Positions 29,380 through 42,574 of a stretch of DNA of 64,000 bases are shown here, in pieces. Under the pieces are notes generated by a model. It did no database searches. It was not told the origin of the DNA and saw only the letters and a list, made by a program, of their open reading frames with translations. Source of the DNA: Haplodiscus bocki (lineage: Eukaryota); NCBI GenBank assembly GCA_965655095.1, contig OZ296659.1, forward strand, positions 4,154,001-4,218,000, written 5' to 3'. The stretch's first letter is position 1. The number at the start of each line of letters is the position of its first letter. Both the position numbers and the translations under genes were made by a program.

Positions 29380-30250
29380 ACCAACTATTGGCGGAAAATC
29401 GAGGGATTTCTGTATTTTTCATCAAATGGTGGAAAATCGAGAGATCAATGAACTTCTTTTCTTGAGTTTTCTTTCAAATCAAAACTATTGTTTCCAAAGA
29501 CTACTCGCAATAAATGGTTTTCCCTCGAGTATCCACCACTTGAATTTCCGCCGATGCACTAATGTTACCGAAAAAGCGAGGGTTAATTGAATTTCTCTTT
29601 TGCTGTACTGAATTTTCTTCCAAAACAAAGTATGGTTCCGAAAAATAAATGAGTGCAGCACCTGCTTGTTCCTCTAATATCCGCCAACGCGCGTGTTGGC
29701 CAAAAATCGAGTGACGGATAATCGAGGACTTTATGGATTTATTTTTTGCTATACTGAATTTTCATCCATAACGGAAAATAAATGCAGTACCTGCTTTTTC
29801 CTCGAATGTCCGCCAAATTTGTCTCCCAACAGGACAATGTTGATGGAAATTTTAATAGCGGATAATCAAGGGCTTACTGGATTTCCCGATTGGTGCAATC
29901 AAAACACAATCTATGGTTTCGCAAGAAATGCATTACCTGGTTTTCCTCGAATACCCGCTACTCGAATTTCTGCCAATAAGATCGACCAATGCACAAAGAT
30001 TAGCGGAAAATTGGGTGGCGGGTAATGGAGGGCCTACTGAATTTTTCTTCTGGTATATCCAAAACGAAAACTATGGTTAAGAAAACATGACTGCAGTACC
30101 TGCTTATCCCACAAATATCTGCCACTCTAATCTCTGTCAATCAGATCCGCCAGAGCGCGAATGTTGGCGGAAAAACGAGCAGTCGATAATCAAGGGTTTA
30201 CTGATTTCTCTTTTGGAAAGACAGTACTAACGAAAATTATCAGTGAAAAA
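29380..30250 (+). repeat. Degenerate tandem repeat, about 150-bp period, about 6 units
   Basis: Recurring ttggcggaaaatcgag...gataatc.agggcttactga.tt...actatggtt...gcagtacctgctt..cctcgaatatccgcca. Confidence 0.7.
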
Positions 30251-31067
30251 CATTCAACACCGGAAACGATACCTTTCTCAAACCTAACAAATCGACAGGT
30301 AGTGGGCTCGATTCCCAGAGTTAGCCATAAACTATTATTGCGAAATATCTTAACTTGCAACTAAAATATCATAGTTGTAAATGATCGCCACTCATTTTTA
30401 AATCTGTAAGACAAATTATTCATTCAGTAGCCATTTTTTTCTTCAGTCTATTTTTGCTACGGGTTCAAATCCAACATTTACCAAAAAAACTTTCATTTAT
30501 TAGTACGATTTCGAATTATGAGGATTTCTGCTCGTATAAAAAATCTAGTTGGTGCTTTATGAAATAAAATGCTGACTTTTGTAGGTACTTTGTTTTTTGA
30601 AATATGGTTACCTCCAAGATTACCACGAATTTGCACATTTTCCCTTAAATGCTCACCCCGGCAAAAGTTTTTGAAGCATGCAAATGCAGTCTATGCCGAC
30701 CACAGGCAAGTACTCATAAACACAAAAAACCCTTCCACGTAAGTTTTCGGCACTGAGACAAAAAATTCTCGATGAAAAATCGTTATACCCCCTCTTAAGC
30801 CTTTCGATACCAAAAACCTTCAGAAACACAGCAGCGTTCCCCTACGAAATTTTTCGATCCTGTCAGATAAAAAAATTGTTGAAAAACGTTGATACCCGTT
30901 TGCTTGGTTTTTTGCTCCCGTAAGCTTTCAGAAACACACTATTAAATAGTGTGTTTTCAGATTGAAATTGCAAGGGCAGCCGTGGTGGCCCTTTTATTGT
31001 CTCACATATACTTCCAAAGACACCTTAGGGTTTCAACGGAAGTCCTGCTCGTCTTATCTGGCCATCA

Positions 31068-31695
31068 ATGAGATTTCACGTCTACTACGAAGCTGACAGT
31101 GAGCATTTGTTGATATCTGACTCGCAGATACACAGCGAGAAGAACAAGACCTGCCTCAACAGTAGAGTTGTGAACGTAGTGTCTCTACCAGGTGGCAAGA
31201 TTCGACACGTCTACGACTTTCTTCCCCCTCAAAGGAAATACAAGTCAGCATCGCTGTTCATTGGTGGCAACGAACTGTTTCGTAAAGGGCGGAGCCTTGT
31301 CTGAACAGTCACCCCAACAGATAGATGAAGACCTGAAGACACTCACCGACACGATAGTCCCCAGAACCGGGCTGGTCCACGTAATCGGCATCCCCGAGCG
31401 CCACAACAAAAAAGAACGGACAGCCGAAATCAACGAGATACTCGAGCGCTTCAGTACCAAGGCAGACTGGAAGTACAGAAGTGTGTCGAAGTACATCTGG
31501 TCCCGCCATATCTCTGGAGACTCTGTCCATCTCACTGACGAGGGCCTCAAAAACCTGAAAAAACTTCTGAAAGAGAAGATTCTGTACAAGCTGTACGATT
31601 TTGAACAGGACAAGAAAGGACCTCGGAAAGTCACCGTTTGCGGAAACGCCAAGCAGCCAGATTGTCTCTGCGGACACTTCAACCCCCCGAGTTAG
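31068..31695 (+). pseudogene. SGNH/GDSL esterase ORF of LINE A (about 208 aa after removing one +1 frameshift near 31285)
   Basis: Blocks in order: LLISDSQ (I, catalytic Ser), SLPGG (II), FIGGNELF (III), DSVHLTDEG (V, DxxH); joins ORFs 31068-31304 and 31192-31695. Confidence 0.8.
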
Positions 31696-31909
31696 GTAAG
31701 TCGACTCTACAAGTATCAAATCTGTCTTAAGGTTTTGCAGATACTAGTAATAGTAGACGGCCTATCACTCGTCCCACGCTCCCAACCTGAAACAGGTCCA
31801 CCTAGATCTCCGCAGATACCTTGAGGTTTCAAGAGGAGACCACTCATCTGTTTCTTGACATCTCACATCAATCCCCAACTGAATCGACAAATCACCTACT
31901 TCGAAAACC

Positions 31910-32788
31910 ATGACCAACTGCAAATCCTGTAATCTCAAAGTCGGGTCACCAAAGAATGCATTCGTATGCTACTTTTGTGGCTATAGTATGCACATGAACC
32001 AAACGTGCACAGGATTCGAAGAAGACCAAATCAAGGTTCTGGTAGAACTGAAGCAAAACCTGTTAATGGTGTGCAACGATTGCAAAAGCAAAAAGTCACA
32101 AGCCCCCAGTAACACTGCTGCCGTTAAGAACAACAACAATGACCTAGCAGCAAATGTAAAAACCCTTGAGAAACGAATGAGCGACTTCCTTCTATCTATG
32201 GAGAACTCAGCAGCAGCAGCTGAAGACCTCAAAACAGAAGTGGCTAACATGAAGAAACCTGCAACCGAGACAAACTGCACAAGAAGTTACGCAAGTGTCG
32301 TCGGAAACAAAGCCCCAGGAAAAAGAGTCTATAAACCAGCAAAAGATAGCCTGGGTATACGCATCAAAGGTCTCCCTGAACCAGAAGATGGCAAGGAAGA
32401 CAAACTGAAGGACCGAGAAAAGGTCAAAAGGATCCTAGACCATCTGGACATTCGCTCATCGCTAACAAAGCTCACCCGAGTTGGACAGCCAAATCCAGGC
32501 AAAGGGCCCCACACTGTCACTATCGACCTAGACAACGATCTTGAAAAAGAGGTCATGATAAAGTCGGCACACAAACTAAAGACATTCACTGAACTCAACA
32601 GCACGATCTTCATCGGTCACGAACTGACAAGGGAAGATATGGCAAAAAAAAACAAGGCTCTCAAACTGAGGAGAAACCTCATCAAAAAGGGAGTAGTCTA
32701 TCAAACCTTGAGAATTCGAAAATTGAAGCTCCAACAACTAGTCAAAGGTGTCTGGGCAACTGTCTCGACAGTTGAAGAGAACAAATGA
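31910..32788 (+). CDS. LINE A ORF1p: PHD finger, coiled coil, RRM-like/CTD region
   Basis: Intact 292 aa; CKSC..CYFC..H..C..CNDC (C4HC3 PHD); heptad region; SYASVV and IRIKGLPE motifs typical of CR1/L2 ORF1. Confidence 0.85.
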   Translation: MTNCKSCNLKVGSPKNAFVCYFCGYSMHMNQTCTGFEEDQIKVLVELKQNLLMVCNDCKSKKSQAPSNTAAVKNNNNDLAANVKTLEKRMSDFLLSMENSAAAAEDLKTEVANMKKPATETNCTRSYASVVGNKAPGKRVYKPAKDSLGIRIKGLPEPEDGKEDKLKDREKVKRILDHLDIRSSLTKLTRVGQPNPGKGPHTVTIDLDNDLEKEVMIKSAHKLKTFTELNSTIFIGHELTREDMAKKNKALKLRRNLIKKGVVYQTLRIRKLKLQQLVKGVWATVSTVEENK

Positions 32789-35660
32789 CTAGCTTCCGGA
32801 GAGTCAAGAACAGAAACTACAAAAACTCTGCACATTTTAACTTTCAACGTGAGAAGTATTTTCAAACTTGAAAGGCGCACTCTCTTTGCAAATGCCATCT
32901 TCACATCTGACTACGTTATGCTGTGTGTCACCGAAACTTGGCTCACAACGGATGTCCCAAACACCGCGCTCTTTCTCAAGGAATACGCAATCTACAGATC
33001 CGATAGAACCAGCTCCTCTATGATAACAATTCACGGAGGAGTCCTAGTTGCAGTAAAAAAAGTATTCCACATGAAGTCATTCCAAACGACCAGTCGGACG
33101 AGATCATTGCAGTGATGGTTAAAACCGAACAACCACTTCTAGTGTGCTGTGTGTACAACCCTCCCCACTACAGACCCTTTCGATGGCCCCGAACTAAATT
33201 TGACAACCTCTTGACTTCGCTCAAGCGTCATCAAGAACAACTGAACTGCCCAACAACAATTATCACTGGTGACATAAATTTTAGCAAGACGTCTTGGGAC
33301 TGCATGGAATCCAGGGATGATTACTAACAATCAATCCTGGATCTTTTGTGCGAACATGGATGCAGTCAACATCTCAACCAAACGTCGAAACGTCAATTAG
33401 ACGTTCTGCTTAAAAACAACGATGACGACGTTTTTGATTGCAAATTAGACAGAAAGATCTCAACAAGGTACAACGTGTCAGACCACCTCGCATACTCAAC
33501 AACAATGCACACAAAAATAGAAAGGAAATACCTAGATCCGCAACACAAGCAATATAGCCTGAAAAGGGCAGACTGGGATGCTTTTGTGGACGCCACTGAG
33601 TGTCCCCCATTCCAGCCCTACTGCTGCAGCAACGTCAATGTCCTCATACAAACATGGTACTCTTGGCTAAACAAAACCATGGATGAAAATCTTGAAAAAC
33701 TCACCGCGCACAGAGCATCACAGGCACGCTGGATATCGAAACACACATCACACCTGAAGAACATACTCCAGACCAAGAAAAGAGCGCAGAAGAATTTCAA
33801 TGTCGCACACTCAATCAAGATTAAAAGACTGGAGAAAGAGATTAAGGCTTCCTGTCAAGAAGATTTTAGAATCTACGAAGAGACTGTCTTCGCAACTCGA
33901 TTTTTTAGTCGAATCCAGAAATATCTGTCGTGCATACGCAAAAGCCCGCCCCGGCCAAATGAGTTTCATTACAAGGGAAAGATCGGAAAAACAGAGTCGG
34001 AATGTGCAAGCATGTTCAACAGCTTCTTTGTTAGTGTCTTTAACTAAAAAGACACCAACTTCCAGCCCAACTACCCCCGCAAAATTCTAAACTGGTTCAG
34101 AAAAAACCAAAGAAGGGTCGAAACTCTGCTCGAAGACCTGAAAATTGGAAAATCGTCAGGATCAGATAAAATTGGGAATATCCTACTCCGAAACGCCCCC
34201 AAAGGCCTCAGCAAATCCCTGACCCTAATCTTCCAAAAAATCATCAACAAAGGGACCTACCCAAATCAATGGAAGTTCCGACAGATCTGCCCAGTTTTCA
34301 AAGATGGCGACAAGAAAGACGTTACGTGCTACAGGCCCATAAGCCTACTGAGTTGCATCTCAAAAGTACTCGAGAGAATCATATTCGATGAAATTTATCC
34401 TCTAGTTCTAGAAAAACTGCACAGGAAGCAGTTTGGTTTCCGAAAGAAGAGGTCAGCCACCCTCCAACTGCTTTTGTTCCTGGACCGGATATACAAATAC
34501 AATGACGACAATGATGTAGAAATTCTAAGTGTCCTGTACCTAGACTTCTCCAAAGCATTTGACACCGTCCCGCACTCCAGACTCCTCGATAAGGTCTAGA
34601 ACTTCAGCATTGGTGGAAAGCTCCTCAAACTGGTCCACAGCTACCTATCAGATCGCAAACAGGTTGTTAAAATTCGGAACACATTATCAACGCCCCTAGC
34701 GGTAACAAGCGGAGTCCCCCAAGGCTCCATTCTCGGCCCCCTCCTTTTTCTAATGTTCATTAACGACCTCCCGGAAAGATTCGCAGAATGTTTTGGCTAC
34801 GCAGACGATTATAAACTCATCTTCACGCAACAAGAAGAATTGGAGAACGGTACCAAACAACTTGAAGAATGGTGTGAGCTGAACGAAATGAAACTCAACG
34901 AGAAAAAGTGTAGCTTATTAGTTATAAAGGGCGGCATGCCTGCCCAGTTGAATAATGTTAGCATCAATCAACCATCAGTTCAAAGGGATCTCGGTCTTTT
35001 TGTGGAGAACGGTCTGGGATGGAAAGAAAACTGTTCAAGACGCTCGGCAAACGCCCTCAAGGCCCTTTTCAAAATCCAACGCAAGGTTACAAAGAAATGC
35101 AATATTCAAAACAAGATCCATGCCTACACAGGGTACGTAATGCCAATACTAACGTATGCATCGCAAGCGTATAACCCCAGCATCGGGTCATTGAAAAAAC
35201 TTGAAAAAGTTCAGAAACAAGCCACAGCCTGGTTCTATGGATACGACATCAGCTACAAATGCAGACTTATTAAAAGCAAACTGTTACCGGTATCTCTGTA
35301 CATAGAGCTTCACAACGTTCTCTTCCTACTAGACCTTCTGGAACAGAAGATGGACATCGAAAACAGTGAAATATTGTCTGTGAGACCCTGCTCGAACACC
35401 AGGCAGGGCGATTGGAATGAAATGGTCGTAACGTCGACGAGGACGAAGAAAGCTGATGAAAACTTCGTAATCCGCGCCAGTCAACTGTACAACATCCTCT
35501 CTCCCACATGAAGCAACTTAATAAACCTATGGACAAAGAACACCTACTTGAAGCTTACTGGAAGTTCTTTCTAGATCAGTACAACGAGAAGGTATCCTGC
35601 ACATGACGTATACTTTGCCTCTGTGGCTACCGCAACCCCCAAGGCAAATTAAAATTACCT
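32789..35660 (+). pseudogene. LINE A ORF2: APE endonuclease plus reverse transcriptase, disrupted
   Basis: TFNVRS, VTETWL, HGGVL, VYNPP, TGDIN, SDH (APE); YRPISLL, QFGFR, YLDFSKAFDTVPH, GVPQGSILGP, YADD (RT); several stops and frameshifts. Confidence 0.92.
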
Positions 35661-35738
35661 TGATGACTACCAGAGCCAAACAAAAAGCAAACAAATCAGG
35701 GATGGAAGATTTCCCATGGGAAGAAGGCCCAGAGGTCA

Positions 35739-35739
<1 letters not shown>

Positions 35740-35812
<73 letters not shown>

Positions 35813-35825
35813 TACTACTACTACT
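35740..35825 (+). repeat. (CTA/TAC)n microsatellite, 3' tail of LINE A
   Basis: Directly visible, about 28 units, immediately after the ORF2 end and short 3' UTR. Confidence 0.95.
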
Positions 35826-36639
35826 AAAGGGCCACCTCACGAATTTTTTCGTCAGACTGAAAGTTTCCGACATTTTTGTTGATACCCTCCTATGGTTCAC
35901 CGAAGCTTCTGCGCTGGACAAAGGAGTACCGTCGATATCGAAGTGTTCTCAGGTTCTTTTGCTTTCAGTCAAAAATTTTTTGAAAAAAGTGACTTCAGTT
36001 GTGCAGTTTTGTTACCTTTTCCCGGAGTTTCGGTATGTCAAGCAGGCTTAGTATTGCAGACTCATTAGCCTCTTTTAAAAAACATATATGCAGCGTCATG
36101 GCAAATAGGTATACCCAACTAAGAACTCACCAATTTCGCCATCTGCTTTTATGTTTCTTGAACCCTTTGTACAGTTTCCTTTCTTCTTTTTCCACTTTTT
36201 TTTCGATTTAGTTTGGGGTTTTTCTGTTTTCAGAAAGAATCCTTTTTTCGAACAACATGAATCAACTAGAAACCTTCCGGAGTTGAGAAAAATTTCAAAA
36301 AAATGGATCATTCAATAGTTTTTATTCACACCAATTTTATATCCCTCAATTTATAAAATGAATTCAGTTTTAAAACTTCGAATCATTATCCCTGAAAAGA
36401 TTCCTCGAGTACCTGTGTACTGCTTTCCCATCTGCTCCCGGAACATCCAAAAAGGACCCCGTTAACAATTTCTCGTGAACGCGTGGTTGTGTACACTTAC
36501 ATTTTCCTAAGAGGCAGACCAGGTTTGAAAAATATATAAGAATTACCATTCTTGATACTCAGAGTTATTTTCCTCTCAAACGACCGTCTGGACTTCTTCC
36601 ATGAAGGCCACAATCAACAAGTTTCCACCTGTAGAAAAT

Positions 36640-39600
36640 CTAATCACCGAGCATTGTTTGACAAAGCTTCGACTGAAACGATACGTTCTGACCTTGGGAC
36701 GGAGGTCATTATAGAAGATTGTCGACGTCTCGGAAAGTTTTTTCCAGGCAAAAGCCGAACAGTATTGGTTACTTTCCGCAATAACTGGGATGGACGGAAA
36801 TTTCGAGGCAAGGTTATCGGGCAACATTTGTATCGTCACAAAGGAGTAATGATTGTTCCAGAATTTTCATATGAAGATCGTCAAGTTGAGAAAAAAATTC
36901 TCAAAAAACGATTTGAACTGATTATTCAGGGGACTGAAAAATCCAGGATTAGAATCCGAGACCTGAAACTTTACGTCGATGGCCAGTTTGTTGCCTCCGA
37001 TTCACTACAGCTCTCAATAATAGGTCTTAACTGTCGTTCTTTAGACTCGATTAATAAGCGGTTTCAACTCACAAACTTTCTTTCGAATTATATGTCCGAC
37101 ATAGCTTGCTTATCGGAATCTTGGCTAGATAAAGACTTATGTGACAACATTTCCCTCAATACCCATTACATTACTGAAGCTCGCGCTGATCGTGAAAATG
37201 GAACACATGGTGGGGTGGTAATTTTTGTGCAAAAGTCGTCTGCTCTACGAAACTATTTCATTATCCTGCGAATACGCATGTGCAATCAATACATGTCTCA
37301 ATTACGTGATAATTTTCATTATTTGTATATACAACCCAACAAAAATGAGCCCATTCAAAGTAAATTGGAATATAATAACAGAACGATATTGTTGCTTCTT
37401 AAAACATAACCCAAATGCCATGATAATTATAACTGGTGATCTCAACCAGCCTGCTGTTGATTGGAACTCCTTTAGCACCAATGATGCCGAGTTTGAAAGG
37501 TTTTTAGACCTGATGGTTACCCATTCATTGATTCAGCTAATTAACTCTTCAACGCACAAATCCGGCAATATCCTTGATGTTCTAATCAGCAATTTGCCTG
37601 AGCTGTCCTCACCGCCTAAACACAATATTCCTGTTTGCTTATCTGATCATTACGCTATTTCTGCTATATTGTATTCGCATCCAGCACAGTTGACAACTCT
37701 TTTTCGCCATTTGTATATCGTATTCCTTTCCACTCATTCGCAGATATTGGTTCTGCATTGGTGTCAAGCTTCTTCTCAGTTAGTATCAGAACGTCCGGTG
37801 AAGATTACGTATCCTCCTGGTTTCAACAATTCGAAAGTAATGTTTATCAATTCCTTGAAAGGAAACTCAAAAAGCGCGTAGAATTACCTTGGTTCTATAC
37901 GTCTCATGTTCACCTTCATAACAAACTCAAGACTGCTTCCAACTGCAATTGTCCTGAAACGTGCAAAAACACCAGAGAAGACCTTTCAATGTCCATCGAG
38001 CTCAAAACAGTTACCTTTCTTGACAATTTCGTTAAAAAGAAAGGGGGAATTACTGCATGCTACAGCCTTTTGAGTAAACTTGGTGGCCCACTGATCCCAA
38101 CGGAAATGGTGTACAACGATACGAAAATCTCTGGATATGAATATATTGCAAATAAATTCAATGGTTTCTTTATTGGTATGTACAGCGCATCTGCTGCAAC
38201 CGATCTTGATTTTAATGAACGTGAACTTAATTCTGTGTTTTTCGAATTGGACAACGTCAACGAAGAATTCATGACTGCATCTTTAGGTACAGGTATTGAC
38301 TTGATCCCTGGCCTCCTCCTGAGACATACGTCAAGTTCTCTTTCCTTTCATGTATTGAAACTGTTTGAAGCAAGTGTAGAGTCCTCTGTTTATCCTCTGT
38401 CATGGAAACGGGCAGTTATTACACCTGTCTGTAAATCTGGGAATAAATCCTTGTTAGTATCCTACCGTCGCATTAGTATTCTTCCAAAACTATCCCTAGT
38501 TTCCGAAAAGCTCCTATTCAAGTTTCTATAAACTATTAATAAAAATCAGCTGTCAAACTACCAATTAGGTTTTAGGAAGGGGTGTTCTACTGTTACTCAG
38601 CTTCTGCTTTTTCCTAATGAACTATATACCAATTTAGATAACGGTAAAATCTCCCAATGCTTTTATCTTGACTTTAGTAAGGCGTTCGACAAGGTACCTC
38701 ATTCAATTCTCCTTCACAAACTGAGTCTATTTGGCATTGGTGGTACTCTATTGCGTCTACTCTCATCGTATCTTTCAAATCGAGTGCAATGTGTTAAAGT
38801 AGGCCAGTTCTACTCCAGATGGGAAACGATTGCAAGTGGGGTTCCTCAAGGATCAGTGTTAGGTCCCCTTTTATTTCTTGTGTTTATGAATGACTTGCCG
38901 TCAGTATGTCTTTCTTCAATCATGTTTCTCTATGCAGATGACAACGAAGCAACTAACACGATTTTGAAAAACCTGCAGCTAGACCTCAATGCATGCGTTT
39001 CCTGGGCAGAGCACAATCTCATGGAGTTCGATGCTTCCAAAACTGAATTTATTGCAATTGGAGTAACCTCCGAGAAACTCTTGAAATTCGGGGGAATATC
39101 AGTATCGCCTTCTAATGTAGTAAACGAAGTGGGAGTTATGGTCAGTGATAACCTGAAATGGGAAAAACACATCTCGAAATGTATATCTTTCTGTTATTCT
39201 CTTCTTTCACGGCTCCGTCGAAATTTGCCACCTAACCTACCTTTCTCTACTAAACTCACTATGTACAAGGCGTACATTCTGTCTTCACTCTTATATGCTT
39301 CAGAAGTCTGGCATCCGACCTCTGGTGACTTACAGAAACTGGAGTTGGTTCAGAAACGAGGTTGCAAATGGATATGTAACGGTAACGACTATAAGCATTG
39401 TTTAGTGAAGTGTAGCTTACTACCTATCTTGTGTGTGCTCCAATACAAAGATTTAATCATGCTCAATCGGGTTCTGTTGGGATTATACAATTTTGCAGTC
39501 AACGACTCATTCCACTTCGAGTACAAAAGTCGCTGCCTCAAAAGTTCAGCTAGACCAACATTTGTTGTAAAAAAGTTATCTAGGAAAACAACTTGGAGTA

Positions 39601-39832
39601 ACTTTATGATTCGTAGTACCACATACATTAATGATCTACACAGAAAAACTGCACTGAGTGTGTTTGAAGATGCCGCCTACTTTCGTAAAAAATTGAGACT
39701 TTGTTTCTTTGAGTTTGTGAAAGGTAAATTTGATAATTATCAATTCATGAGTTTATTTTGTTTGTAATATCTAGTGCCTTAAACGTAATAATTCTTCTTC
39801 CTTCCTTCCTTCCCTCCTTCCTTCCTTTCTTT
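36640..39832 (+). mobile_element. 5'-truncated CR1-group LINE (copy B): ORF1 C-terminus fused in frame to disrupted ORF2; (CTTC)n tail
   Basis: ORF1 RRLGKF..RTVLVTF..W..IRIRDLKLYVDG runs into GLNCRS, LSESWL, HGGVV; then TGDLNQP, LSDH, YLDFSKAFDKVPH, GVPQGSVLGP, YADD; tail at 39793-39832. Confidence 0.9.
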
Positions 39833-39879
39833 ATCCAAGTAAATTGGCTTGAAGCTGTATTAGAGACAAGGATCAATAA

Positions 39880-40550
39880 TGCCAAAAAACAAAAGGGAGA
39901 TAACTTTCTAAATCGAAGTTCAAACCGAATTTTCTTCAAAACTACCTGCTCATTTTCATCTATCAATGTCCTCCTCAACTACAGTCACACTGTCAAACGG
40001 TTTTCAGTGAGTAATTTTTTGCGATTTGATTTTTCCAATAGAAACCACTTCAACCGCAAATAGCAAGAACTGAGTTTACGTATGATCAACCTTGATAACC
40101 AGTCTAATTTTCCTTCGAAACTACCAGTTAAAACCCTTCGATCAATGTCTCAATCGACCGTCTCCATGTTGAAATATCCTTCAGCAACAGAATCTTCAAA
40201 ATTGGTTTTTGTATCGGAACCGGTATGAATGGAGTTAGCTGAAAAGTAAGCACAGGAATGATATTTCTCGCAAATCAAACCTAATTTTTACCAAAACTTT
40301 TGGAAACGTCTCTTCAATCAATGTCTCAGTCGACGTTTTTGTACTTGTATGTTGCTGTTCGACTGCCAAGTTTGTGTTTGGTTCTAGAAAACTGACACTT
40401 GATACGGAGAATGTCGAGGAGTGTATAATTTTGGGAATCAGTATCTTTAAACAGACTCGAATCTTTTCAGAGGAAACTCGATTTCTTCTATCATGGTCTC
40501 AATCAACAATCTTCTCTCTACAAAACATCGTCCGAAGTTATTAGTCATGA
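39880..40550 (+). repeat. Degenerate tandem repeat, about 177-bp period, about 4 units
   Basis: atcaatgtctcaatcgac-like anchor at about 39962, 40141, 40317, 40490. Confidence 0.6.
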
Positions 40551-42574
40551 AAGATGTTTCCAGATCGCAAATCTCAAGGACCGATAGAGCGAAAATGTGG
40601 AAGTTTTCCGACTTTTCGTGAGGACAAAGCTGCTTTTCTCAAAAACCAGTTGTTTCATTTCTTCCATCAAGGTTTCAGTCGACTACGTTACTGCCCTCAA
40701 AATCATATGGGAATGTCAGTTGTTGCGCTTGGTTTCTGACAATGCAAATTTGATAGGCGTAAAATGCCAAAAGTTGTATGTCCCTATGAATTGTCTTTAA
40801 AAAACTTTGATTCTTTTCTAAATAGATAGCCGAGTGATTTTCTCCTATCGAGGTCCTAATCAAAAAATGTGCAACTGTAGAGCATCTCTGAGCAACATCA
40901 TTTCGGGGAATTTTTTTTACATAGGAACTTTCAACGATCGAAAATGCGAGAAAGTGCAAAAGTTTTCGATATACACTGAGAAACAAACCGTTTGTTCTCC
41001 AAATCTAGTGGCTGCAATTCGTCCATTAGGAAAACAACTTTTCTACTCACTAAAAGCTCCTTGACTGCAAAAAAATGCATTTAATTCCTTGCAACGGACA
41101 GCTGATGGGCGAAACTAGCCAAAAATGAATATTGGTCTGAATCGTCTGATCTTCAAACTCGCTTTTCTTCGAAGCAACGGTCAAGATATTTTCGGTCAAG
41201 GACTCAATCAACAATCGTGTTTTTGTACAAGATGATTCAATTATCATATTCTCCTTTTTCATTCTTTCCTGGAGATTTTGATAACCTTAATTTGCCAGAA
41301 GTTATGAAAATGTCTGATGCTTCTTTGTATTAGAACCAAATTTTCCCCAGAGGTACCGGCCATCAAGAGTTTCTTTTTTTCCATCAAGACAATGTATAAG
41401 TTTTGAATAGTTTTGAAAAGTGAGAACTCGAAGTTTGTTGCTTCCAGCGGAAGCTGGTTGGCTGAGACTTATAAAACTTGCATATGCATAGGGTTCCTTG
41501 TGAGTTTTCAACTCATCTCTCCAAAACTACCGACAGGACTCCTTCCACCGGGGTCTCAGTGGACAATTTAAATAGTTTTTGAGGTTACTCGATGAACCTT
41601 TTCCGAAAAATTTTTCCCACCGTTGTAATCTTTGGGGCTGATTTTGACAAAAGTGCGAACTGTGGTGGTTTTTCTTTATAGTCAAACTCACTTTCTTTAG
41701 AAGCACTGGTTGGATTTCCATTATCAAGATAAACAGCGTCCTTACTAAATTAATGAGTTGGCTGAAAAGGTTGCAAATTCTCCATCACTGCTGCTCCTCA
41801 GAAACTCTCAAACTCGATTTTAGTTTAATCAGCGCTAGATGGGCTCAATATAAAGCCAGTTTCAAGTTTTCAAAAGGTGATTCAGACAAATACTCGAGTT
41901 TAGTACTTCGCTTCGAAGGCCTGGTGAGTCGATAATGCCAAAAATTTTCGAAATCAGTGATGGAATTGTTGTTTGTGGAAAACTAGACTCACAACAGTAC
42001 CCTTGTTTTCAAAAGTTGATTGAAAACTTTGTAATTGAGCAAAAAAATGCCGGTGCGAGCCGGCCGTCTTGCTTTCCAATGTGTTATTCGTCAAAAGTTT
42101 TTTCCATTGACTGGTATTTGTACTGAGCCCATCTAGCCCTGATTAAACTTGAATCGAGTTCGAGAGTTTCTGACGAGCAGCGGTGATGGAGAAATTGCAA
42201 CTTTTTCAATCAGTTTTTTTATTTTTGGTAAGGACGCTGACTATTGTGGTGACTTTTTCGGATGACATAGCTGATGCAATTCGTAAACTTTTTTCTAATT
42301 TAATTTCTTTAATGTTACTATAATATTCATAAAAAGAGACGTAAGTACTGCAGCCATTATTTGTGGCAAAAACATTAGGGACTCCCTGATGAAGTATGGG
42401 CATCCAGAAAAACAGGCGTTACCACGTTGCACGTAGCAGTGCCTCCTTACAGTGTCAAAAACGGTCCCATATGTGTAAATTGGTAATGAGTCACTATTTT
42501 AGTTATATTGTGGGGCTTCAATTCAATGTTGTAGCTCTGGCAATTTTCACATGAGAGCAGGAGCACAATGAGCT

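Larger units (their letters stand above)
30942..35825 (+). mobile_element. Near full-length CR1-group LINE (copy A) with three ORFs and a (CTA)n tail
   Basis: Esterase ORF, PHD ORF1, APE+RT ORF2 and tandem tail. It interrupts a local repeat unit (cagaaacac | aaaggg) that resumes after the tail. Confidence 0.9.

Noticed and set aside
32785-32788. AUGA start/stop overlap at the ORF1 stops of LINE A (32785) and LINE C (44055), suggesting termination-reinitiation
   Set aside because: In both copies the overlapping ATG is in a different frame from the endonuclease and hits a stop within 30 codons, so it cannot start ORF2 unless both copies carry the same compensating indel
32786-32788. Selenocysteine decoding of the in-frame TGA
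   Set aside because: It lies at a domain boundary rather than a catalytic Cys position, and no SECIS was recognised; not formally searched
35603-36051. ORFs with poly-Tyr, poly-Leu or poly-Ser
   Set aside because: Translations of the (CTA)n LINE tail
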